IMG/VR virus record: IMGVR_UViG_3300032030_000028 | Coordinates: 1-64,000 of that record | Length of the DNA: 64,000 nt | Reading direction: 5' to 3' (one strand) | Origin: a virus | Taxonomy: Duplodnaviria > Caudoviricetes | Shown here: positions 29,340-35,965 of the stretch, piece after piece | Layout: each line of letters opens with the position of its first letter | Position numbering within the stretch: position 1 is the stretch's first letter | Notes under the pieces: model-generated | What the model was told of the DNA's origin: nothing | Databases searched by the model: none | The model's input: the letters and a program-made list of their open reading frames with translations, nothing else | Translations under genes and position numbers: made by a program

Positions 29340-29410
29340 GGATATGTAGCTTAGTGGTAAAAGCGGTCCCTCTAGGGGATTGACATGAGTTCGAGTCTCA
29401 TCATGTTCCG
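29340..29410 (+). tRNA. Putative amber suppressor tRNA(CUA)
   Basis: GGTCC-CTCTAGG-GGATT arm; normal D and T arms; bulged acceptor stem. Confidence 0.6.
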
Positions 29411-29416
29411 CAATTT

Positions 29417-29493
29417 GGAGGAGTAGCTCAGCTGGAAGAGCGCCAGATTGAAGATCTGGGACGTTAGCGGGGGTTCGACTCCCTCCTCCTCCA
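29417..29493 (+). tRNA. tRNA-Phe(GAA)
   Basis: CCAGA-TTGAAGA-TCTGG. Confidence 0.9.
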
Positions 29494-29578
29494 CAATAGG
29501 TTGACACTGAAGTACAAGGTGCAAGCAATGAGGTGTAATGGGGAGAGCCTCACGTTAAATAAAAACCCTCCCGGTCAC

Positions 29579-29652
29579 GGGCTCGCATGTTCCAAGGCTG
29601 GCGGAACTCCCTTGCAAGGAGATCGTGGTGAGTTCGATTCTCATCGGGTCCA
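29579..29652 (+). tRNA. tRNA-Ala(UGC)
   Basis: CTCC-CTTGCAA-GGAG; G3:U70 pair. Confidence 0.8.
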
Positions 29653-29657
29653 CAAAA

Positions 29658-29769
29658 GTCCGAGTTGGTACGGTTCGACTCCGTCGTTCACAGTGGTTTG
29701 TGACAAATACAGGTTCGAGTCCTGTACTGTCTTTCGGGGTGGTTGATGAAATTGGATAAACATCCGGAC
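29658..29769 (+). ncRNA. Circularly permuted tRNA-like (YrlA-like) RNA 1
   Basis: T-arm, TTCG-capped acceptor-like stem, then D-arm-like TGATGAAATTGGATAAACA; closed by GTCCG/CGGAC; extra upstream T-arm. Confidence 0.5.
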
Positions 29770-29778
29770 ATAATATAC

Positions 29779-29849
29779 AGGTATCTAGTTCAATGGTAGA
29801 ATAATGGTCTCCAAAACCATAGATTGAGGTTCGAATCCTTAGGTTCCTG
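29779..29849 (+). tRNA. tRNA-Trp(CCA)
   Basis: ATGGT-CTCCAAA-ACCAT. Confidence 0.9.
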
Positions 29850-29859
29850 CTAAAATTAT

Positions 29860-29967
29860 TACAATATGGTGTAATGGTAGCACACTCCTCATGCGGGGAT
29901 CGGATAGCGCACCGAATGAGGTTCTTAAATGAGCTAAGAGATGTAGGTTCGACCCCTACTATTGTAT
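29860..29967 (+). ncRNA. tRNA-like RNA with expanded anticodon arm
   Basis: TACAATA/TATTGTA acceptor, normal D and T arms, ~55-nt centre with CCTCAT/ATGAGG stem and no 7-nt loop. Confidence 0.6.
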
Positions 29968-29973
29968 CAAAAT

Positions 29974-30046
29974 GGCGCGTTCGTCTAGTTGGTTAGGACG
30001 CCAGGTTTTCAACCTGGAAACCTCGGATCATACCCGGGAGGCGCTA
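29974..30046 (+). tRNA. tRNA-Glu(UUC)
   Basis: CCAGG-TTTTCAA-CCTGG; atypical T-loop. Confidence 0.8.
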
Positions 30047-30051
30047 CTATT

Positions 30052-30124
30052 ATTCCCGTAGTTCAATGGATCAGAACGGATGACTACGGATCATCGGATG
30101 GGGGTTCGAGTCCTCTCGGGAATA
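30052..30124 (+). tRNA. tRNA-Arg(ACG)
   Basis: GATGA-CTACGGA-TCATC. Confidence 0.9.
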
Positions 30125-30282
30125 CATAAAAGTCTTGTGAAATGCGCGTGAGTAACAAGAATCGTACCAATCTTGGATAGGCGATGCGAAAGCGTCGGAT
30201 AACAATGATCCGACACCGGATCGTAAGTGCCGGTGGGAGTTTTCTGGTATAGTTCTCCGGTGATATAAACTATACCATCTAT

Positions 30283-30356
30283 GCGATAGTAGCTCAGTTT
30301 GGCAGAGCGTCTGCCTTCCAAGCAGAAGGTCGTGGGTCCAAGTCCCATCTATCGCT
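30283..30356 (+). tRNA. tRNA-Gly(UCC)
   Basis: TCTGC-CTTCCAA-GCAGA. Confidence 0.9.
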
Positions 30357-30375
30357 CACATTATCAAGTAGTTAT

Positions 30376-30447
30376 AGGGTAGTAGCGCAGCGGTAGCGTA
30401 CTTGATTTGGGTTCAAGTGGTCGTGAGTTCGATCCTCACCTACCCTA
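30376..30447 (+). tRNA. tRNA-Pro(UGG)
   Basis: CTTGA-TTTGGGT-TCAAG. Confidence 0.9.
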
Positions 30448-30473
30448 CTGATTATCAAGCACTTATAAGAAAT

Positions 30474-30556
30474 GGAGAGTAAATTCTACGGGGTAGGAGC
30501 CAACCTGCTAAGTTGTGCGAGCGTAACAGCTTGTGGATCGAGACCACTGCTCTCCG
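30474..30556 (+). tRNA. tRNA-Ser(GCU)
   Basis: CAAC-CTGCTAA-GTTG; long variable arm. Confidence 0.8.
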
Positions 30557-30785
30557 CTTATCGGAATATACAGTAAACGGGATAAACACAGGCAGCCGTG
30601 TGTTCCTTCGCCAACCATGGGAGGTGGGTAAATATCACCCTGTATATGACCAGCTGTGATAAATTAAAAAGGGGTTATATTAAAGCTTCCAAACCAGAAC
30701 CCCTGAGCCCTTAACTGTGTGAGACGTCACCAGGGCGACAGTCCATTGGGTAATTCCATAGGAGCGCTGTTAGGGAAGCATTTAT

Positions 30786-30857
30786 TGAGCTGTGGTATAA
30801 TTGGTAACACGTTGGGTTTTGGTCCCAAAGTTCTGGATTCGAGTTCCGGCAGCTCAA
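30786..30857 (+). tRNA. tRNA-Gln(UUG)
   Basis: TTGGG-TTTTGGT-CCCAA. Confidence 0.9.
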
Positions 30858-30859
30858 CA

Positions 30860-30981
30860 AAGTGAGATAGAACAGAGATTAGATGGTTCGAATCCTCCTG
30901 CGACGGGCGTTGCTGTAGCTCAACGGATAGAGCGCTGTTCTATAAAAATTCGGAAGGTCCGGAACTTCCGGATGCTCATTT
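30860..30981 (+). ncRNA. Circularly permuted tRNA-like (YrlA-like) RNA 2
   Basis: ATAGAACAG..T-loop GGTTCGAATCC..CTGCGAC-GGGC-GTTGCTG..D-arm TAGCTCAACGGATAGAGC..CTGTTCTAT. Confidence 0.65.
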
Positions 30982-30986
30982 CTCTT

Positions 30987-31059
30987 GTCCGAGTGTCCGA
31001 ATTGGTTTAGGTGACGGTCTGCAAAACCGTCTATGCGGGTTCAAGTCCTGTCTCGGACT
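30987..31059 (+). tRNA. tRNA-Cys(GCA)
   Basis: ACGGT-CTGCAAA-ACCGT. Confidence 0.9.
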
Positions 31060-31085
31060 CTTGAAAAAAAAATAATTTTCTTTCC

Positions 31086-31159
31086 TTAAGATTCTCTAAA
31101 GTCGTTTATATAATATCACAAGAGAGAAGTTCTTTGACATATTGGAAAGATCATAGATA
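31086..31159 (+). promoter_or_regulatory. Internal promoter plus boxA-like element, copy 2
   Basis: TTAA-N17-TATATA then AAGTTCTTTGACATATTGGAAAGATCATAGATA. Confidence 0.6.
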
Positions 31160-31166
31160 AGAAAGT

Positions 31167-31276
31167 TACGGGTTAAAATGTCGGTTCGAATCCGACCCTG
31201 TCCGCCGTTGAGAAATGTCTTCGGAAAATCATCCGAAGGGTGCGGGTGGGTTGACAACTGGATAGTCTGGCCCGTA
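31167..31276 (+). ncRNA. Circularly permuted tRNA-like (YrlA-like) RNA 3
   Basis: TACGGGTTA..GTCGG-TTCGAAT-CCGAC..CCTGTCCGC/GCGGGTGGG..D-like GACAACTGGATAGTC..TGGCCCGTA. Confidence 0.65.
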
Positions 31277-31280
31277 TTTT

Positions 31281-31354
31281 GCCCTGATAGCCCAATTGGC
31301 AGAGGCCTATGACTTAGGATCATAACAGTGCGAGTTCGAATCTCGCTCGGGGCA
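31281..31354 (+). tRNA. tRNA-Leu(UAG), short variable loop
   Basis: TATGA-CTTAGGA-TCATA. Confidence 0.85.
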
Positions 31355-31946
31355 CAAAGATCAGCAGACTGAATCAAGAAAAGCATAGAATAACAAAACA
31401 AAGAACAGAACGGCTGCCTCTTTACAAGTTTTCTTGAGCTGAAGGCCGTTTTAGCTGCCGATCCGAATGAGGTGAAATGATATATCCTCGCAAAGCACGG
31501 ATAAGATCTCGTGAAGATCCTAATCTTATTGGAACTAGTAGATTCCGGCTTTGAAAAGGCCGCGATAGCGGCAACACCACATGGTATTATAACACACTAG
31601 TTCTGTGCAATCTGCTCGAAGCACTTAATTAGAAAGAGAGAGCTGGAATCTTGGGCGCCAAACATAGACAAAAGACCGAGCGATGCAAGACGGAGCCGAA
31701 GCGATAAATTATCTAAAGAGGCTGTCCAGGTAAAGAACAATGCTTGTCCCTGGCAATAATGTAGCCAAACAAAAATCCGATGTGCCTCGAGAGAGTGTAC
31801 CATAAAAAAGGGAAAGCCGTGAACAGGTGTGCTGAAAATTTGCGAAAAGACGCAAGCACCACGGAATGTAGCATTGGATTGGAGCAAATAGGTCTCGTGA
31901 GGTCCCTTATCCTTGCATGGCTGAAAGTTCATGTTCTTTATTTGAT

Positions 31947-32020
31947 ATCCCGGTAGCCCAACCGGTAGAGGCACAGCGTTGAGGACGCTGACAGTGGCAG
32001 TTCGAATCTGCCTCGGGATA
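31947..32020 (+). tRNA. tRNA-Leu(GAG), short variable loop
   Basis: CAGCG-TTGAGGA-CGCTG. Confidence 0.85.
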
Positions 32021-32022
32021 CT

Positions 32023-32310
32023 AGTCAAGAATAGGTTACCACCGAGTAGTGTTCGGGGTAAATTGAATGGGGATGTATACTTAACCAGTCAATGTAGTCT
32101 TGGGTGGTGTGACCCCCAGCCCGATGAAAGGTGTTGGTTATCGTGAGGTGCCATAAGGTGCAACGCAACAGGAGGTAAAACCGCGTGGTAATGCAATCCT
32201 CGTAATGAGATCGCCCTATGTAATGGGTAATGGTGAGATCGCCCCATGTAATGGGTAGCGGGTTCAAAGCCGAGGTTTCTCCAGTCCGTAGCTCGTAAAT
32301 TTTCTTGACT
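32023..32310 (+). ncRNA. Putative structured RNA (~290 nt)
   Basis: Closed by AGTCAAGAA/TTCTTGACT; internal 24-nt direct repeat 32206-32229 / 32234-32257. Confidence 0.5.
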
Positions 32311-32318
32311 TTCTATAT

Positions 32319-32397
32319 TGTCTGATAGCTCAATGGCAAGGGAACAGAGCACCTCGGGAACATCGGGGCGACGGAGGTTCGATTCCTTCTCAGACAA
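32319..32397 (+). ncRNA. Aberrant tRNA-like RNA (enlarged D-loop, non-canonical anticodon loop GGAACAT)
   Basis: TGTCTGA/TCAGACA acceptor and normal T-arm. Confidence 0.55.
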
Positions 32398-32400
32398 CAA

Positions 32401-32816
32401 ATAATATCAGTTAACAGTAGGCTTGAAAGCAGCCATCTGATAATGAGTTGCGAGAGGAAGTTTGCGTGGAAGTCATGACTCCGCAAGAGAACAAGGCGCA
32501 TGTGAGTAACTTGGCAATATACATGTGAGAAACACCTCAGGAATAACAAAAATGGAAATCCCGAATGCAAAGAAGGTAGCATAGCTGAAATGCTATGTGA
32601 GGTTCCAGTAGCGTGACGGTGTATAGAAGTGATGTAGTTAAGTTTTATGTAAGCCCCAACAGTACGAGAGGAACCTGGGGTTAATGGATGCCATTAAGGT
32701 TTCTATGCCGTAAGTGATTCGGTAAAGAACGCGAGAAGTATCAAGTGAAGGCTCGCGGCCAAAAGCATAAAACAGTCCTCAGAGCATTTGGCGTGATAGC
32801 ACATAATTGGTATTAT
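32401..32816 (+). ncRNA. 416-nt RNA with 23S rRNA L11-binding-region and sarcin-ricin-loop mimics
   Basis: 13-bp closing stem; GTAGGCTTGAAAGCAGCCATC..TAATGAGT / GCGTGATAGCACA; AGTACGAGAGGA hairpin at 32652-32682. Confidence 0.7.
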
Positions 32817-32818
32817 AC

Positions 32819-32894
32819 AGGGAAGTAGCTTAGCGGTCTAGAGCGACAATGGGTGCGACGCCCGGAAACATTGGTTCAAATCCAGTCTTCCCTG
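32819..32894 (+). ncRNA. Aberrant tRNA-like RNA lacking a normal anticodon loop
   Basis: AGGGAAG/CTTCCCT acceptor, normal D and T arms, short GGGTG-CGA-CGCCC hairpin in centre. Confidence 0.55.
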
Positions 32895-32898
32895 CTAT

Positions 32899-32981
32899 GG
32901 AGAGTAAACTCGGAAGGTCTGAGCGCTGTCTCGAAAACAGACGGAGTCTAACGACTTGGGGATCGAGACCTCAGTTCTCCG
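32899..32981 (+). tRNA. tRNA-Ser(CGA)
   Basis: CTGT-CTCGAAA-ACAG; long variable arm. Confidence 0.8.
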
Positions 32982-32986
32982 CAGAT

Positions 32987-33073
32987 GGAGAGCTAAGCCG
33001 GCGGGGCTGGCCGCTGTTTGGAAGACAGTCGGAGTCTGAAAGATGGCTTGGGGATCGACACCTCAGTTCTCCG
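32987..33073 (+). tRNA. tRNA-Ser(GGA)
   Basis: GCTGT-TTGGAAG-ACAGT. Confidence 0.8.
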
Positions 33074-33081
33074 CAAACAAT

Positions 33082-33165
33082 GGAGAATTAACTGCAGCGG
33101 CCTGCAGGCCGGTCTTGAAAACCGTGGGAGGGTAACACCTTGGGGATCGACACCTCAGTTCTCCG
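33082..33165 (+). tRNA. tRNA-Ser(UGA)
   Basis: CGGT-CTTGAAA-ACCG. Confidence 0.8.
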
Positions 33166-33339
33166 CAAAGGCTTCAGTAATGAAGTTAGGTGTCCTTGGG
33201 AGGCTTAATTACCCTCCGACCGTGTGGAAACCCCACTATAGCGTACCGAGGATCGTGGGCACCCTCCGTCAGTGTAGTAGCGCTGTAAACTGACGGAGAT
33301 ATCCAAGCAAATAATCAGCACGAAAGTGCGTCAACATAT

Positions 33340-33432
33340 CAGGTGTGTGCTGGAATTGGTAGACAGCTGAAGGAGGTTAGATCCTCACAGGGTGATAATG
33401 TAACCGTACAGATTCAAATCCTGTCGCACCTG
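33340..33432 (+). ncRNA. Aberrant tRNA-Leu-like RNA
   Basis: Leu-type D-arm CTGGAATTGGTAGACAG, CAGGTGTG/CGCACCTG acceptor, irregular anticodon arm. Confidence 0.45.
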
Positions 33433-33444
33433 CAACACATAATT

Positions 33445-33518
33445 GGACCTATAGTCCCAGTGGTCTAGGATGCCTGACTGTCTATCAGGAGGCCCGGGTT
33501 CAAGTCCCTCCTAGCCCA
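33445..33518 (+). tRNA. tRNA-Asp(GUC), imperfect acceptor and T stems
   Basis: CCTGA-CTGTCTA-TCAGG. Confidence 0.7.
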
Positions 33519-33637
33519 CTATGAGGAGTGTACATAAACCTCAGACGTGCGCCTATGGCTCGCAAAAACATAGGTAGTTATCCGTTTATAGGTAAAACGG
33601 CGGACGGAAGCGGCCCAACCGTAAGAGGCCGCAATAT

Positions 33638-33709
33638 GGTGATATTAGTGTAATGGTAACACGAGACACTGTGGATGTCTTATTATCGGTTCAAATCCGG
33701 TATATCACC
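33638..33709 (+). tRNA. tRNA-His(GUG)
   Basis: AGACA-CTGTGGA-TGTCT; extra 5' G. Confidence 0.9.
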
Positions 33710-33872
33710 CTAAAGGATTGGTTGATCCGAGGTTCAAGAAGGCCCCCGTAAGATGGCTAGTCGTTGGGGCAATGCTTGAGATGGATACCGCGAAGGGACA
33801 GCCATAAGTCTTGAAGTACGGTTAGATGCGGAGCTGGTGAAAGTCCAGACTATGTAGGACAATCCAATCTAT

Positions 33873-33946
33873 AGCCCGGTAGCCCAACCGGCAGAGGCAA
33901 CAGATTCAAAACCTGTATAGTGTGAGTTCGAATCTCACTCGGGCTA
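33873..33946 (+). tRNA. tRNA-Leu(CAA), short variable loop
   Basis: ACAG(A)-TTCAAAA-(C)CTGT. Confidence 0.8.
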
Positions 33947-34074
33947 CAAAAAAAATGGAACAATAGAGTAGAGAATCGGTCTGTGAGAATAAATTGCCTG
34001 CGCAGAATCCCATTCTATTCTTAAGGAAAAGGTATATTGTGGCAATTCTGATACCGAAGTACTGTTCCATTTAA

Positions 34075-34198
34075 CGGGGTATGGTCGAATTGGTAGAGAT
34101 ACCCGGTATGGACCGGGAGGTTTGTGAATAATTCCATGGTGAATAGCAAACAGAGATTCTTCGGAATCCGAATGGTGGTTCGAGTCCACCTACCCCGA
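34075..34198 (+). ncRNA. Aberrant tRNA-Pro-like RNA with large variable-region insert
   Basis: CGGGGTA/TACCCCG acceptor; CCCGG-TATGGA-CCGGG 6-nt loop; two extra hairpins before T-arm. Confidence 0.55.
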
Positions 34199-34330
34199 CA
34201 ATCGTTATCTAGTATCCGGCAACCTATATGAGCCGGGAATTCGAGAATATCTCGTTAATAGGCCAAGGCCATGCCCCTTGCTAGTGGGGGTTGGAGTCCA
34301 CACAGAAATGTGGGAATCACTAGCGATAAT

Positions 34331-34404
34331 GTCGGTATAGCGGAGCTGGTTTCTTGCGCCTCTCTCATAAGGAGGAGACGGTGGTTCGAGTCCACCTACC
34401 GGCA
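34331..34404 (+). tRNA. tRNA-Met(CAU)
   Basis: CCTCT-CTCATAA-GGAGG. Confidence 0.85.
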
Positions 34405-34424
34405 CTCATAAAAATGTTATAATT

Positions 34425-34805
34425 ATGGAAAAGAAGATAAAGGATCGCAGATATACAATTCTCGGAATTCACCGGAACGGCACATTATACGGATGGGCCG
34501 AAAATTCATTTTCATTCTCCCCCTCCGAGGACTACACTAGGGTTTGGGGTGCTGAATACAAAGAATGCGGCAATCGTCAATATTGGAAACCTAACAAAAA
34601 TCAATCCACTTGGAATTATCTCAAGAAGGTGGCGGACGATCTGACCGCAAAGAAGTATATGGGGTGTGTATGGAAAGTGTATAGGGTCGGTAGTAAGCAC
34701 TGTCCGGTCGATATAGACTTCAGAACCTGCGATCTGATGAAAACCGGAAAAATAAAATACGACAAATATCAGGCGAGAAACCACAAATTCACGTCGAAAC
34801 AATAA
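34425..34805 (+). CDS. Basic hypothetical protein inside the RNA array
   Basis: 126-aa ORF with AT-rich start context, no overlap with tRNAs. Confidence 0.7.
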   Translation: MEKKIKDRRYTILGIHRNGTLYGWAENSFSFSPSEDYTRVWGAEYKECGNRQYWKPNKNQSTWNYLKKVADDLTAKKYMGCVWKVYRVGSKHCPVDIDFRTCDLMKTGKIKYDKYQARNHKFTSKQ

Positions 34806-35068
34806 CGGGCGACCCGGATAATGGGGACTGAACAGGCGGGTTAGCTACCGCTTACGCAGCGGCGCTTCTGAGACGGATCTCAGAGACAAGCCGTAAAGTG
34901 CGGAACCGAAAGTCCAATGAGCTGTAGACAATCGGCACAAGCACCAGAACTCAGGCGAAGACAGTTGCAATAGAGCTCAATAAAGAGCTGCCAAGTCTGA
35001 GTCATTCTCTGACTGGACAGGCCAGTCCAAGAAGAAGCGTTCAGGAGGTTCGACTCCTCCTCGCCCGA
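34806..35068 (+). ncRNA. RNA with tRNA-like acceptor stem and T-arm enclosing a long insert
   Basis: Perfect CGGGCGA/TCGCCCG ends; GGAGG-TTCGACT-CCTCC T-arm. Confidence 0.6.
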
Positions 35069-35075
35069 CTAAGTT

Positions 35076-35159
35076 GGCCGAGTGGTGGAATTGGTAGACA
35101 CGTCAGACTTAAAATCTGGTGCCCGTAAGGGCGTGCGGGTTCAAGTCCCGCTTCGGCTA
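35076..35159 (+). tRNA. tRNA-Leu(UAA)
   Basis: TCAGA-CTTAAAA-TCTGG; long variable arm. Confidence 0.92.
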
Positions 35160-35232
35160 CAAACAATGGATATTTGGAGTGAAATTGTTAAAACGTTGTG
35201 ATTCACTCATGGAAATATTCTAACAACGTTAC

Positions 35233-35305
35233 GCGTCAGTAGCTCAGCAGGTAGAGCACATCCCTTTTAAGGATGGGGTCCCGGGTTCGAGCCCCGGTTG
35301 ACGCA
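35233..35305 (+). tRNA. tRNA-Lys(UUU)
   Basis: CATCC-CTTTTAA-GGATG. Confidence 0.92.
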
Positions 35306-35314
35306 CTTATAAAA

Positions 35315-35397
35315 GGAGAGCTAAATCGGCGGGGCCGATCGCTGTTTGGAAGACAGTTGGAAGATGACGCTTTGGGGATCGAGACCTCAGTTCTCCG
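35315..35397 (+). tRNA. tRNA-Ser(GGA), second copy
   Basis: GCTGT-TTGGAAG-ACAGT. Confidence 0.75.
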
Positions 35398-35402
35398 CAC
35401 AA

Positions 35403-35475
35403 GCCCTTGTAGCTCAATTGGTAGAGCAACGCACCTGTAATGCGAAGGTTGCTGGTTCAATTCCGGTCAGGGGCT
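35403..35475 (+). tRNA. tRNA-Thr(UGU)
   Basis: CGCA-CCTGTAA-TGCG. Confidence 0.85.
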
Positions 35476-35492
35476 CTTATTATAATTATATT

Positions 35493-35568
35493 GGGAGTTT
35501 AGCTCAGCTGGTTCAGTAGCGTCTGCCTTACAAGCAGAAGGTCGTTGGTTCGAATCCAACAACTCCCA
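35493..35568 (+). tRNA. tRNA-Val(UAC)
   Basis: TCTGC-CTTACAA-GCAGA. Confidence 0.9.
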
Positions 35569-35572
35569 CAAA

Positions 35573-35860
35573 GCTGGTATCGATGACGCTCTGGTGAAAG
35601 GATGTTTGGACGAGGGGTTCGATTCCCTCTACCTCCACTATTTCTCAGCTGACCAACCATGATGTTGGAACAGTTACGGTGGCGGAAACTTAACATGAGA
35701 TCCGTCACTTGCTTATGGGGGTAATTGGTTTTGACAGCATTTGAGTAAGAAGAGAAGAGATGCTGGTAAGTGAGAATAAATCACAACACAACTTTTCGTC
35801 TTGCCGCTTAATCTCTAGGAGATTTAGCAGTAAGGGTCCGGGCGGAACCAAATCCGCCCT
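35573..35860 (+). ncRNA. ssrA: Two-piece (circularly permuted) tmRNA
   Basis: Acceptor piece GGACGAGGGGTTCGATTCCCTCTACCTCCA (to 35637) precedes GGGGGTAATTGGTTTTGAC (35717); G3:U70; tag frame 35782-35811 HNTTFRLAA-stop. Confidence 0.8.
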
Positions 35861-35864
35861 TTAT

Positions 35865-35937
35865 GCTCTTATAGCTCAATGGATTAGAGCACGGGCCTCC
35901 GGAGCCCGGAATCCGGGTTCGAATCCCGGTAGGGGCT
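35865..35937 (+). tRNA. tRNA-Arg(CCG)
   Basis: CGGGC-CTCCGGA-GCCCG. Confidence 0.9.
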
Positions 35938-35965
35938 CGAAAAATATCTATGATCTTTCCTATAT

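Noticed and set aside
30130-30200. 16S rRNA-like words (GTGAAATGCG, GTGAGTAAC, GATGCGAAAGCGT)
   Set aside because: Short, out of order and explainable as common tetraloop motifs; insufficient to claim mimicry
32401-32816. True 23S rRNA gene fragment or contamination
   Set aside because: Only two non-adjacent motifs match, nested in non-rRNA sequence within a closed stem
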